Shown here piece by piece: positions 40,152-50,001 of a stretch of DNA of 64,000 bases. Below the pieces are notes generated by a model. The model was not told where the DNA came from. It ran no database searches and saw nothing but the letters and a program-made list of their open reading frames with translations. Origin of the DNA: Gemmatimonadota bacterium (GTDB lineage Bacteria > Gemmatimonadota > Gemmatimonadetes > Longimicrobiales > Gaopeijiaceae); assembly GCA_039589315.1 (NCBI GenBank), contig JBDHHQ010000018.1:1-64000 (forward strand). Reading direction: 5' to 3'. A program made the position numbers and the translations under genes. The first letter of the stretch is position 1; the number at the start of each line of letters is the position of its first letter.

Positions 40152-41789
40152 CTAGCGCCCGTCGGTGACGCTGCCCGCCCCCTCCTGCTGCACGTACCAG
40201 AGGACCTCGCGCAGGAGGGCCGGAGCGTCGTAGACGACGCCGTCCTTGATGGTCCAACGGATGCCGCCGTGCTGCCACTGTTCATCGGGAGGCACGATGC
40301 CGAAGAACCCGAAGCCCAGGCCGTACATGACCTTCAGATTGTCGATCGGGTTCCCGTTCACGACGGCCAGGTCCGCCGCGCAGCCCACCCGGATTCCGCA
40401 GTGCTCCTCCATCCCCAGAACCTCGTATGCATTCACCGTCGCGGTGCGGATGATGTCGATGGGGTGGAGTCCGGCTTCCTGGAACAGCTCCATCTCGCGC
40501 ACCATGGCGAGACCGCCCCAGGGACTCGTGTCAGTGCCCACGGTGAGCTTGCCACCCCGCTCGTGGAACTCGTCCACCCAGTCCATCCAGATGCGGAAGT
40601 TCTCCTTCCAGCGGATCTCGTCGGACGTCTTCCACTCGGTGTGGTACGCCCCGTGCCTCTCGGGATCGGGCCACATCTGATCGATGACGGAAGGGTGGTA
40701 GAACGCCACCTGCCACGGCAGCGTGAGCACCCGGGCCAGGTCGCGGTTGTCCTCGTACACCACCATCGTGGGGTTCCACGCGGTGCCGTTGGCGATCAGC
40801 GTGTCGAGCACGGCCGACAGACGCTCCGGATACGCGTTGGCCTCGGCCCACAGGGCTCCGGCCCAGCGGAAGCGGTCCAACTCCTCCCAGTAGTTGTATT
40901 CTTCGGGAAAGTCCTGTGTGTGGGGGAGGGCCGCGTCGGGCACGCCGTACCAGTGCTCGATGCTGGCCACGCCGGCTTGGGAGGCCGTCACCGCGTCGGT
41001 CTCCGAGACCTTCAGGTCCACCATGACCTGCATGCCGAGGGTGCGACCCTCGTCGACGGCCGCCGCGAGCACGTCGGGGTAATGGCCGGGACTCTTGCTG
41101 ATCTTCACGCAGTCGGCGCCCTGCTCGTGGAAGCTCCGGACCATTTCACGGGCTCGCTCCGGGGTGTTGCCCACGTCCCAACGCCGGAGCGGCAGCGGCC
41201 AACGCTGGCAGAGCACGAGGCGGGGCGCCACGATGTCGTGGGTCTCGGAGAGCGCGCGCTGCTCGGTCATGACGTCTAGGCTGGCCCCCGTACCCGCATC
41301 CCGGATCGTCGTGACCCCGTGGCCCATCCACAGCCGGTACTGGTAGTCCAGGGCCCTCGGACCCAGCGGGCCGTCGTTTCCCCGAAGGTGGACGTGCATG
41401 TCCACGAGTCCCGGCATCACGTACATGCCGCTGACGTCGATGATATGGCCTGCCCCGGCTTCGCCTGCGTTCGCCCCGTAGCCGGCTGCATTCACCGGAT
41501 CCACCGGGACCATGTCCACGATGCGGCCGTTCTCGATGACGATGTCGATGGGCCCTTCGGGGGGCATTGCACGATTGGACCGGGGCGTTCCTCGGCCGCT
41601 CACGACCACCGCGTTCTTGAGGATCAGTCGCTCGTAGCGCTCGCCCTGGGTGGTGCCCATGGGGATCGGGTCGGGGAGCGTCACGCGGGTAGCCGAGGCC
41701 TCCTGGGCGCTCGCCTTGCCGGCAGCAGTCAGAGCGGTCCCGATGGCAAGCATGACGACCGTCAAGGTGCGGGGAGCTGGGACGAACAT
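40152..41789 (-). CDS. secreted amidohydrolase family protein
   Basis: MPGLVDMHVH, GVTTIRDAG, SIEH, VGTD, G.I.VG..ADL; GGAGG RBS; signal peptide. Confidence 0.88.
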   Translation of the reverse strand: MFVPAPRTLTVVMLAIGTALTAAGKASAQEASATRVTLPDPIPMGTTQGERYERLILKNAVVVSGRGTPRSNRAMPPEGPIDIVIENGRIVDMVPVDPVNAAGYGANAGEAGAGHIIDVSGMYVMPGLVDMHVHLRGNDGPLGPRALDYQYRLWMGHGVTTIRDAGTGASLDVMTEQRALSETHDIVAPRLVLCQRWPLPLRRWDVGNTPERAREMVRSFHEQGADCVKISKSPGHYPDVLAAAVDEGRTLGMQVMVDLKVSETDAVTASQAGVASIEHWYGVPDAALPHTQDFPEEYNYWEELDRFRWAGALWAEANAYPERLSAVLDTLIANGTAWNPTMVVYEDNRDLARVLTLPWQVAFYHPSVIDQMWPDPERHGAYHTEWKTSDEIRWKENFRIWMDWVDEFHERGGKLTVGTDTSPWGGLAMVREMELFQEAGLHPIDIIRTATVNAYEVLGMEEHCGIRVGCAADLAVVNGNPIDNLKVMYGLGFGFFGIVPPDEQWQHGGIRWTIKDGVVYDAPALLREVLWYVQQEGAGSVTDGR

Positions 41790-41885
41790 GAGCGCCTCCG
41801 GCAGGGGTGCAAGCATCGACACGACAACGGTACGGGGGGTGCGCCCTCCGCCGAAAGGCCCTCGCGGCGTCGGGCCTTCCGCGCG

Positions 41886-42026
41886 ACGACGTAGGGCCGG
41901 TCCTCGACGTATCCCGGCCACGACGTCGGGACCGGGTCATCGACGATCCCGGCCACAGCGTCAGGACCCGGTCCCCGAAACATCCCGGCTACGGCGTCAG
42001 GAGCCGGCCGGCGACGTATCCCGGCT
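41886..42026. repeat. Degenerate tandem repeat of about 36 bp (about 4 units) overlapping the GH57 gene stop
   Basis: Units start at 41905, 41941, 41976 and 42012 (cgacgtatcccggc...). Confidence 0.75.
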
Positions 42027-43871
42027 GGGCGCGGGAAGGGTCAGGGAGGCCCGCCCCAGGCGCGCCGGCCACCGTGGCGTCACGGACACGCCCTGCTCGA
42101 TCGGCTCGAAGCCGTCGGGGCACTTCGATATCGTGACGATGGGATACGTCCAGGTCTCGGTGGGGGGCGTCAGCTCGACCGGAGCCGGGCGGCCCAACGA
42201 CAGCTCCGGAGCGAACCAGGCGTCGGCTGGGAAGGCGCCAGGATCCCAGCGCCACGCGATCTCTACCCCGCCGTCCGCGTCCACGCGAATCGTCTTTCGA
42301 ACCCGCGGCCCTTCGTGAGCCTCGAACGACCACGTCAGGGTGCCCCCCTCCATCTCGGGTCCGGACGATCGAGCGGGTGGCCAGCTCCAGACGGGGGTGG
42401 CGTCGCCCTCCCGATAGGTGCCCAGGTCCAGGTCGCCACCGAGGACCCGGTCGACGACGAGGGTGCGGGGCTCCGGGTCCGCCGCCGGGAGTCGGGTCAG
42501 GGTCGCCATCGCTTCGGTGTCGTGGATCGACGGCGCGGAGTCCGGGACTGCCTGCGCGACCCCATCGCCGCCCTCGCGGGACCGACTCACGGCTTCCTCG
42601 TGGTAGGCCTCCCTGCGCCGCGTGAGCACGTCGGTCAGATCGGGCGCTGTGCCGAAGTGGATCAGCTCGGTGATGGTTCCGCCCCCCAACGGGCTCACCC
42701 AGGCCGAAAACCGGTCACTGTGGACCCACCACTCGAGCGCACCGTCACCGTCGAGATCCGCTCGCTCCCACGCGAGGCCCTGCCCCCGGCGGAGCACGGC
42801 CTCGGCCGCGGCCAATTCCCGGCGAACGCCCTCCCTGAGGTGCTTCATGTAGAGCCCGCCGAAGACACCGTGCCAGTACGCGTCGTTGCATTGGGCGCGG
42901 CCCACGGCCCGGCGCGCTTCGTGGGGATCCCCGGCGGCGCGGCACAGCCGGCTCACGGACAGCATCCGCTTGTGCAAGCGGTTCGCCTCCGAGTAGCGCG
43001 TCAGGAAGTTTTTCCAGTTTCCGCCCGACCACTCCTCCATTTCCGGATAGGAGCCGACCGGCAGGTACACCGGTCCCCTTGCCGGGAGCTCGGCACGCGC
43101 CTGCGCGGGCGTGACCAGGCGGATCGACCCGTCGTCCCGCAACCCGTCCAGGACGTCGCCGAAGGACTCCAGCCACCCCTGCTCGTAGAGCCAGGGGCGG
43201 GTGCGAGGCCAGCCGCCGAACTTCTCGCCGTCGTCGCCGAAGAGAGCCAGTGGCTCGCCCGCGGCGTGCCGACGGCGTAGCTCTTCGCCGATCTCGGCGG
43301 CCGGCCGAAAGGGAATCAGGTACCGGAGCTGCTCGTCGATGGCCAGAAGGTCCACGTAACGGCCTTCCGACTCGGTGCGGAGGGGCCCCAGCAGATCCCG
43401 AGGGGCCGCGCCGGCCCTGAGGGCGAGGTGGTCGTCCACCAGGACGTACTCCACGCCCGCCGCCGCCAGGTCACGTACCAGCCCGGGCTCCCACACCCGC
43501 TCCGTCAGCCAGATGCCCGCCGGCGTGACTCCGAACCGGCGCTCCAGCCTCTCCCGCGTCCACGCCAGCTGGGTCCGGCGGTCTTCCGCGGGCAGCGCCA
43601 CCAGGATGGGCTCATACCACCCGGCGCCCAGGAGCTCCACGCGGCCGTCGGCCACCAGGGTCCCGATGCGGTCCAAGAGCGCCGTGTCGTGCGCCTCCAT
43701 CCACTCCACCAGCGGACCCGAGACGTGGAGGCCGATGGGTAGCACCTCCCGGTCCTCCAGGAAGTCCAGAAACGGCCGGTAGACGTCGGCGGCGTGCTCC
43801 CGGAAGACATGGTCGAAGTTCCCCACGGGCTGGTGGACGTGGAGGACGAAACAGAAGCGCAGCGGCGTCAC
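41997..43871 (-). CDS. GH57 alpha-amylase/4-alpha-glucanotransferase
   Basis: HVHQPVGN, YEPIL, WLTERVWEP (nucleophile), DDGEKFG (acid/base), QCNDAYWHGVFGGLY; GTGA overlap. Confidence 0.9.
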   Translation of the reverse strand: MTPLRFCFVLHVHQPVGNFDHVFREHAADVYRPFLDFLEDREVLPIGLHVSGPLVEWMEAHDTALLDRIGTLVADGRVELLGAGWYEPILVALPAEDRRTQLAWTRERLERRFGVTPAGIWLTERVWEPGLVRDLAAAGVEYVLVDDHLALRAGAAPRDLLGPLRTESEGRYVDLLAIDEQLRYLIPFRPAAEIGEELRRRHAAGEPLALFGDDGEKFGGWPRTRPWLYEQGWLESFGDVLDGLRDDGSIRLVTPAQARAELPARGPVYLPVGSYPEMEEWSGGNWKNFLTRYSEANRLHKRMLSVSRLCRAAGDPHEARRAVGRAQCNDAYWHGVFGGLYMKHLREGVRRELAAAEAVLRRGQGLAWERADLDGDGALEWWVHSDRFSAWVSPLGGGTITELIHFGTAPDLTDVLTRRREAYHEEAVSRSREGGDGVAQAVPDSAPSIHDTEAMATLTRLPAADPEPRTLVVDRVLGGDLDLGTYREGDATPVWSWPPARSSGPEMEGGTLTWSFEAHEGPRVRKTIRVDADGGVEIAWRWDPGAFPADAWFAPELSLGRPAPVELTPPTETWTYPIVTISKCPDGFEPIEQGVSVTPRWPARLGRASLTLPAPSRDTSPAGS

Positions 43872-45961
43872 GGCGCTTCCGTGGCAAAGCCCAACCGACG
43901 ACGCAGGCCCTGGATCACCGAGTCGGAGGGGTCCCGCCCATCCACGCGCTCGCGATCGCCCAGCAGTCGCCACAGGCGCGTCTCCGCGTCGTAGGGGACT
44001 CCCTCGTCGAGGGCCTCCAATGCGTCCAGGATCCGCTCGAGCCGGGCCCCCTCGGCTCCATCCGCGGACGGACCGGAAGGCGCCGGGCCTGGGCGTTCTT
44101 CGAGGACGGCGATCGCCTGATTCAGGGATTGGTGCAAGCGGTGAATCTGCACCGCCCGTGGGCCGGTGTGGGTGAATGAGCCATCCGTATCCGGGGAGAG
44201 CCCCTGGGCCGACAGCGCCAGCGCACCGGCCAAGCGCTCCTGCACGGCAACGGGGAGATCGGTCCAGCGGATCACCCGGGAGCCGGCCTCCGTGGGCATC
44301 GTGACCCGGGCCTCGAGCGTCGTCGGCCCGGCGCCCACCACCTCCACCACCCCCTTCCACGACCGGCCCGTGGGCCCGTGCAACACCGACGCCTCGCCCG
44401 ACGCCACCGAGGCGGTGTAGGCGCCCCACCGCTGCACCGCACGCCCCCCCAGCCTCCGGAACACCTGGGCAGCGGCCGCCACGGTGAGCGGAACCGGCAC
44501 GGCGGGCGCGACCGCCGTGACATACAGCTGGCCGGCCGTGTCCACCTCGGCGTCGTTGCTGGCGGCTTTCTCGAGGCGGGTGACCAGGCCGTCCTCGAGT
44601 CGCCCAGCCCCATCTCCGTACAGGTCGATGGCCCGGGCCGCGTAGGTCAGGACCTGACGCGCCTCGATGCCCGCCACGTCGTCGAAGAACCAGGCGCACG
44701 AGGTGAACAGTCTCAGGGCGTTGCGCTCCATCTCCAGCATCTCGACGACATGGCGGCGCTCCTCGCCCGTGAGCTCCCGGGCGGACCACCGCTCCAGGAA
44801 CGGCTGGAGGGCCGCCTCACGGTCCGGAGCGAGCGTGCCGACGTACCCATCCCGCGCGGACCACGGATCCGTCAACAACGGTCGGGTCTCGCGCTCATAC
44901 CGGCGGTGCAGCTCGTTGGCCAGCCACGTCAGGGCGTGCCGCAGCGGGCCCCGCCAGGACTGGTCGCTCGCCGTTTCGGGAGACGCCTTGCAGCCACAGT
45001 CGGATCGCCAGCGCTCGACGCCGTGGGCGCAGCTCCACGCCGTCGGGGCCACCAGCTCGACCTCTTCCCGGGGCTCATGGCGAGCGAGGAACGACGCGAA
45101 GCTCTCCACCACCACATCGTCCCGTGCGCGCAGGCGCTCCAGCGCAGTAGCCAGGGCCATCTCGCCGAAGCGGTGGTGGTGGCCGAACGTCTCGCCGTCG
45201 GTGGCCATGGAGCGCAGCAGGCGCGCCGGGGCGCCCTTCTTCTTCTCCCCCTCCGGAGGCGTGGCCAAGCGGTCCGCCCACGCGGCGCCGTCCTTCAGCA
45301 GGTGACCGAACGCCACGTCGTGGGCCACGCCCCCGTCGTACACGAAGACAGCGATGTCCCGCCCGCTCGGGGTGACGTACCGACCGGGCAGCCCACCCGC
45401 CGGCACGGTCCGCACCTGGTGAGGAGCGAGGACGGTGAAGCGGATACCCTCGGCGGCGAGGACGTCGAGCGTCTGGGCGTCGACTGCCGTCTCCGGCAGC
45501 CACATACCCTCCGGGTCTCGACCGAAGCGACGACGAAAGTCGGCGATGCCCCAGCGGACCTCGGTCACGCGGTCCCGGGCGTCGGAGAGCGGCAGGATGG
45601 GATGGTGGTACGCCATCGCCATGGCGTTGCCATGCCCGTCGAGGCGCCGGCAGCTCTCCAGGTCCGCCTCCAACACCGCGGCGTAGGTGTCAGGCGCTTC
45701 GCGCTCGAGCCAGCTCAGGAGCGTCGGTCCGAAGTCGAAGCTCAACCACTCGAGGGCGTTGACGATACCGCGGATGTGCCCATCTCGGTCGAGGATGCGG
45801 CTCGCCACGACGGCTCTGTAGCACTCGTGCTCGACCCGCTCGTTCCAGTCGTGGTACGGGGCAGCCGCCGGCTGGTGGGGGACCTCTTCCAGCCACGGAT
45901 CTTCACGGGGCGGCTGATAGAAGTGCCCGTGAATGACGACGGAGAGGAGTTCCTTGCGCAA
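43868..45961 (-). CDS. GH57/DUF3536-type glycoside hydrolase (TTG start inferred)
   Basis: HGHFYQPPREDPW, PYHDWNER, GMWLPETAVD, ATDGETFGHH, WSCAHGVERW, FTSCAWFFD. Confidence 0.9.
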   Translation of the reverse strand: MRKELLSVVIHGHFYQPPREDPWLEEVPHQPAAAPYHDWNERVEHECYRAVVASRILDRDGHIRGIVNALEWLSFDFGPTLLSWLEREAPDTYAAVLEADLESCRRLDGHGNAMAMAYHHPILPLSDARDRVTEVRWGIADFRRRFGRDPEGMWLPETAVDAQTLDVLAAEGIRFTVLAPHQVRTVPAGGLPGRYVTPSGRDIAVFVYDGGVAHDVAFGHLLKDGAAWADRLATPPEGEKKKGAPARLLRSMATDGETFGHHHRFGEMALATALERLRARDDVVVESFASFLARHEPREEVELVAPTAWSCAHGVERWRSDCGCKASPETASDQSWRGPLRHALTWLANELHRRYERETRPLLTDPWSARDGYVGTLAPDREAALQPFLERWSARELTGEERRHVVEMLEMERNALRLFTSCAWFFDDVAGIEARQVLTYAARAIDLYGDGAGRLEDGLVTRLEKAASNDAEVDTAGQLYVTAVAPAVPVPLTVAAAAQVFRRLGGRAVQRWGAYTASVASGEASVLHGPTGRSWKGVVEVVGAGPTTLEARVTMPTEAGSRVIRWTDLPVAVQERLAGALALSAQGLSPDTDGSFTHTGPRAVQIHRLHQSLNQAIAVLEERPGPAPSGPSADGAEGARLERILDALEALDEGVPYDAETRLWRLLGDRERVDGRDPSDSVIQGLRRRLGFATEAP

Positions 45962-45972
45962 GCGTGGACCGC

Positions 45973-47421
45973 TCAAGCCGCCCGGTGCGCGGCCAACGCC
46001 TTGGCGTACACGTCCAGGTAGGCCTGTGCCGGCCGTTCCCAGCCGAAGTCCCGGCTCATGGCCTCGCGCATGTGGGTCTCCCACGCCTCCCGATCCGGAT
46101 AGAGGGCGATGGCCCGTCGGATGGCCCTCTCCAGGGCCGTTGAGGTGAACTCGTCGAAGACGAAGCCGGTGACCTGGTCGTCGACGGTGTCGGAAAGCCC
46201 TCCCACTCGTCGGACGACCGGGAGCGCACCATAGCGTTGCGCCCGCATCTGGGTCAGGCCGCAGGGCTCGTATTGGGACGGCATGAGCAGGCCGTCGGCA
46301 CCGGCAAGCAGCCTGTGCTCGCGACGCTCCGTGAAATCGAAGCGCACGGTCACCCGATGCGGCATCTGGCGTGCCGCCTCCGCGAGCGCGTGCTGATACC
46401 CGGCCTCACCCTCGCCCACGAACACGAACTGGGCCTCCGGAATCCGAGAGAGCAGGCCGTCCCCCACGATGAGGTCGAAGCCCTTCTGCTTCACGAGGCG
46501 GGCAGTCATGCCGAAGAGCGGGATGTCGTCGCGCACGGGCAGACCGCAGGCGGCCTGCAGGTCAGCCTTGCACGCCCACTTCCCGGCCAGCTCCTCCCTT
46601 GAGTAGGTCTGCGGCAGATCGGGGTCCGTTTCGGGATTCCAGATGTCGAGATCGATCCCGTTCAGAATCCCCACCAAGCGGTCCCCCAGGGCGATGAACG
46701 AGTCGTGCAGGCCGAACCCGCCTGCGGGCGTGCGGAGCTCGTGGGCGTGGGTCGGGCTCACCGTGCCCACGTAGTCCGAGTACGCCAGCGCCCCCTTGAG
46801 CCAGTTGACCTGGCCGTAGTATTCCATGAGGCTCCAGTGAAAGAGCTCATTGGGGAGCCCCAGCTCGTCCAGGACGTCGGGTCCGAACAGACCCTGATAG
46901 CCGGCGTTGTGGACCGACAGGATCCTGGCGATCCGTCCGTAGACGTCCTGATCGGCCGCCAGCGTCGTCTCGAGGAGAATGGGCGCCAGCGCGGTGTGCC
47001 AGTCGTGGGCGTGGAGCACGACCGGCTCCTCCACCAGATCCGGCAGCGCCTGGAGCGCCGCTTTCGCGAAGAAGGCGAACCGGATGTGGTTGTCCGGATA
47101 GTCGCCCCCGCCCTCTCCGTAGAGGCCGTCCCGATCGAACAGCTCGGGCTGGTCGATGAAGATCACCCGGGGACCGGGAGGCGGGTCGCCGAGCTGGTAC
47201 AGGCGAGCGCTTCCGGCCCACCGTCCCACCGATACGGCGAAGGGCTCGCCCAGAGGCACGAGCCCCGGCGTGTTCTGCCGTACCACGCGGTACAGGGGCA
47301 TGATGGCCGTGGTTGGGAAACCCGACTTGGCCTGGAAGGTGGCGATCCCTCGCACGGCTTCGGCGAGGCCGCCGGACCGGGCAAAGGGCCAGTACTCGGC
47401 CACGAGGTGGACGATGTTCAT
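45973..47421 (-). CDS. glgA: glycogen synthase
   Basis: PFARSGGLAE, YPDNHIRF, HAHDWHT, TVSPT.A.E, GILNGID, PSQYEPCGLTQM, VGGLSDTV. Confidence 0.93.
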   Translation of the reverse strand: MNIVHLVAEYWPFARSGGLAEAVRGIATFQAKSGFPTTAIMPLYRVVRQNTPGLVPLGEPFAVSVGRWAGSARLYQLGDPPPGPRVIFIDQPELFDRDGLYGEGGGDYPDNHIRFAFFAKAALQALPDLVEEPVVLHAHDWHTALAPILLETTLAADQDVYGRIARILSVHNAGYQGLFGPDVLDELGLPNELFHWSLMEYYGQVNWLKGALAYSDYVGTVSPTHAHELRTPAGGFGLHDSFIALGDRLVGILNGIDLDIWNPETDPDLPQTYSREELAGKWACKADLQAACGLPVRDDIPLFGMTARLVKQKGFDLIVGDGLLSRIPEAQFVFVGEGEAGYQHALAEAARQMPHRVTVRFDFTERREHRLLAGADGLLMPSQYEPCGLTQMRAQRYGALPVVRRVGGLSDTVDDQVTGFVFDEFTSTALERAIRRAIALYPDREAWETHMREAMSRDFGWERPAQAYLDVYAKALAAHRAA

Positions 47422-47615
47422 CCGTGCCGACTCCTGGCCTGGCGAGGGAAGTGGGGAAGAGGTATCGGGTCGTGAAGCCGACCCGGGCCTGACGGCCGTC
47501 GTGGACGCCATCGGACGGTCCATTCGGTGGTGATCGGAACGCGTGCGAGGTAACGTAGACCCCGGACGGGTCTCTGATCAACGCCGGTTACTCATTACCC
47601 CGACGTGTGGTTCAC

Positions 47616-49889
47616 ATGAAGGTCGATCTGGTCGATTCGCTGCACGCCATCGCCGACGGACGCAACGCGACGCCCTTCGACGTGCTGGGCATGCACCCCA
47701 CCGACGACGTGGTGGACCGTGGCATGACGATCCGGGCCTGGCTCCCCGAAGCCTCCACCGCGGAGGTGCTCTGGAAGGGGCGTTCCGCGCCCATGAGCCG
47801 GGTGCACCCGAAGGGCGTCTACGAGGTCGTCGTGCCAGAGCCCGAACCCGTGACCTACCGCCTACGCGTGGATGGCGGCGCACCGTTCGAGGATCCGTAT
47901 CGCTTCTCTCCGGTCTTCGACGACGATGAGCTGGCGCCGATCCGGGAGGTGGACGGCCGCCCGCACCGCGTGCTCGGCGCCCACGTCATGGAGCATGAAG
48001 GCGTCTCGGGAACGGTCTTCGCCGTGTGGGCCCCGGGCGCGAGGGCGGTGAGCCTGGTCGGGGACTTCAACGGGTGGCGCGCCGGGCGGCATCCCATGCG
48101 GGCCCGGGCCTCCACCGGGGTGTGGGAGCTGTTCGTCCCCGACCTCGCCGCCGGAGAGCTGTACAAATACCGCATCCTCAGCCACGTCGAGGGGAAGGTG
48201 CTTCTGAAGACCGATCCCTACGCCCGTTCGATGCAGCTGCGGCCGGAGACGGCGTCGGTCGTGGTGGCGCCGAGCACCCATGTCTGGACGGACGGGCCAT
48301 GGACCGCAGAGCGGGCCGAACGTCAGGCGGACGGACGGCCCATATCCGTCTACGAGGTCCACCTGGGCTCGTGGAAACGAGAGCCGGGTGCGAGGCCCCG
48401 AGACGGCGCGCCGGGTTGGCAGGGCTACCGGGCGCTGGCGGCCGAGCTCATCCCGTACGTGAAGCGCCTCGGCTTCACGCACCTGGAGCTGCTGCCCGTT
48501 ACGGAGCATCCCTACGACGCCTCCTGGGGCTATCAGACTGTCGGTTACTTCGCCCCAACGGCGCGCTACGGCACGCCCGACGACCTCCGCTACTTCGTGG
48601 ACGAGGCGCACCGGGCCGGTCTCGGCGTGATCCTGGACTGGGTGCCGGCCCACTTTCCTCGCGACGCTCACGGCCTGGGCGTGTTCGACGGCACGCACCT
48701 CTACGAGCACGCCGACCCGAGGAAGGGCGTCCATCCGGACTGGGGCACCTACATCTTCAACTACGCCCGGCCGGAGGTGACCGCGTTCTTGATATCGAGC
48801 GCGCTGTACTGGATCGAGGAGTTCCACATCGACGGGCTGCGCCTCGACGCCGTCGCGTCCATGCTCTACCTCGACTACTCCCGGGACGAGGGACAATGGG
48901 TGCCCAACCAGTACGGTGGTCGGGAGAACCTCGAGGCGAGCCGGTTCCTTCGTCAACTCAACGAGACGGTGCACCGAGAGCACCCTGGCGTCCTGGTAAT
49001 GGCCGAGGAATCCACTGCCTGGCCGGGCGTCACGCACCCCGTCACAGCAGGCGGACTGGGCTTCGACGTGAAGTGGAACATGGGTTGGATGCACGACACG
49101 CTCGAGGTCATTCAATCGGATCCGCTGTTCCGGAAGGGGGTGTACGACAAGCTCACCTTTGGCATCACCTACGCGTTCTCCGAGCGCTTCCTGCTGGCGT
49201 TCTCCCATGACGAGGTCGTGCACCTCAAGGGCTCGATGCTCACCAAGATGCCCGGGCAGGTGCTGGACCAGTTCGCCAACCTGCGTCTGCTCTACGGCTA
49301 CATGTGGGCCCACCCTGGCAAGAAGCTGCTGTTCATGGGAGCGGAGCTTGCGGTGTGGCAGGAGTGGGACGTGGAGGGTGAGCTCGACTGGGCCGTGGCC
49401 AAGGAGCCTCTCCACGCCGGGATCCAGCGCTGGATCACCGAGCTGAACCACTTCTACGCCCGGGAGCCCGCCCTCCATGAGAGTGACTGGGACGGGAGGG
49501 GCTTCGAGTGGCTCGACTGCCACGACCAGGCTCGGACGACCTTGTCGTTCCTGCGCTGGTCCGGGGAGTGGAAGGACCACGTGGCGGTTGCCTGCAACTT
49601 CACGCCAGTCACGTGGGAGGGGTACCGGCTCGCGGTTCCCCACGCGGGCTCGTACGAGGTGGTGCTGAGCTCGGACGATCGGCGCTTCGGGGGCAGCGGG
49701 TCGGTGGAGCACACGGTCTTCGGCACCGTCGAGGGAGAGCTCTTCGGCCGCGACCAGTTCGTGGAGCTGACGCTGCCGCCCCTGTCGATGCTCTTCCTCA
49801 AGCAGGTGGCGCCGCCGGTCGACGCCAGGGGCTCCAGCAAGCCGTCCAGGGCGGGCCGCGCCAGGAAGGGCGGCGACACGGGCGGCTGA
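47616..49889 (+). CDS. glgB: 1,4-alpha-glucan branching enzyme (GH13)
   Basis: FAVWAP, YEVHLGSW, SWGYQ, DWVPAHFP, DGLRLDAVASMLY, AEEST, SHDEVVH, HPGKKLLFMG. Confidence 0.97.
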   Translation: MKVDLVDSLHAIADGRNATPFDVLGMHPTDDVVDRGMTIRAWLPEASTAEVLWKGRSAPMSRVHPKGVYEVVVPEPEPVTYRLRVDGGAPFEDPYRFSPVFDDDELAPIREVDGRPHRVLGAHVMEHEGVSGTVFAVWAPGARAVSLVGDFNGWRAGRHPMRARASTGVWELFVPDLAAGELYKYRILSHVEGKVLLKTDPYARSMQLRPETASVVVAPSTHVWTDGPWTAERAERQADGRPISVYEVHLGSWKREPGARPRDGAPGWQGYRALAAELIPYVKRLGFTHLELLPVTEHPYDASWGYQTVGYFAPTARYGTPDDLRYFVDEAHRAGLGVILDWVPAHFPRDAHGLGVFDGTHLYEHADPRKGVHPDWGTYIFNYARPEVTAFLISSALYWIEEFHIDGLRLDAVASMLYLDYSRDEGQWVPNQYGGRENLEASRFLRQLNETVHREHPGVLVMAEESTAWPGVTHPVTAGGLGFDVKWNMGWMHDTLEVIQSDPLFRKGVYDKLTFGITYAFSERFLLAFSHDEVVHLKGSMLTKMPGQVLDQFANLRLLYGYMWAHPGKKLLFMGAELAVWQEWDVEGELDWAVAKEPLHAGIQRWITELNHFYAREPALHESDWDGRGFEWLDCHDQARTTLSFLRWSGEWKDHVAVACNFTPVTWEGYRLAVPHAGSYEVVLSSDDRRFGGSGSVEHTVFGTVEGELFGRDQFVELTLPPLSMLFLKQVAPPVDARGSSKPSRAGRARKGGDTGG

Positions 49890-50001
49890 GCTCTCCGCCG
49901 CTCCAGTGCCCGAGTCTCCCCCCTCAATCGGGGAGACGGGGGCTCGAGGCGGAGCAACGACGGCTACTTCGACCCCTTTGTTGGGGCGTGGACGCGGGGG
50001 T

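Noticed and set aside
41886..42026. 36-bp repeats as a CRISPR array
   Set aside because: The units are directly adjacent with no unique spacers and overlap a CDS end.
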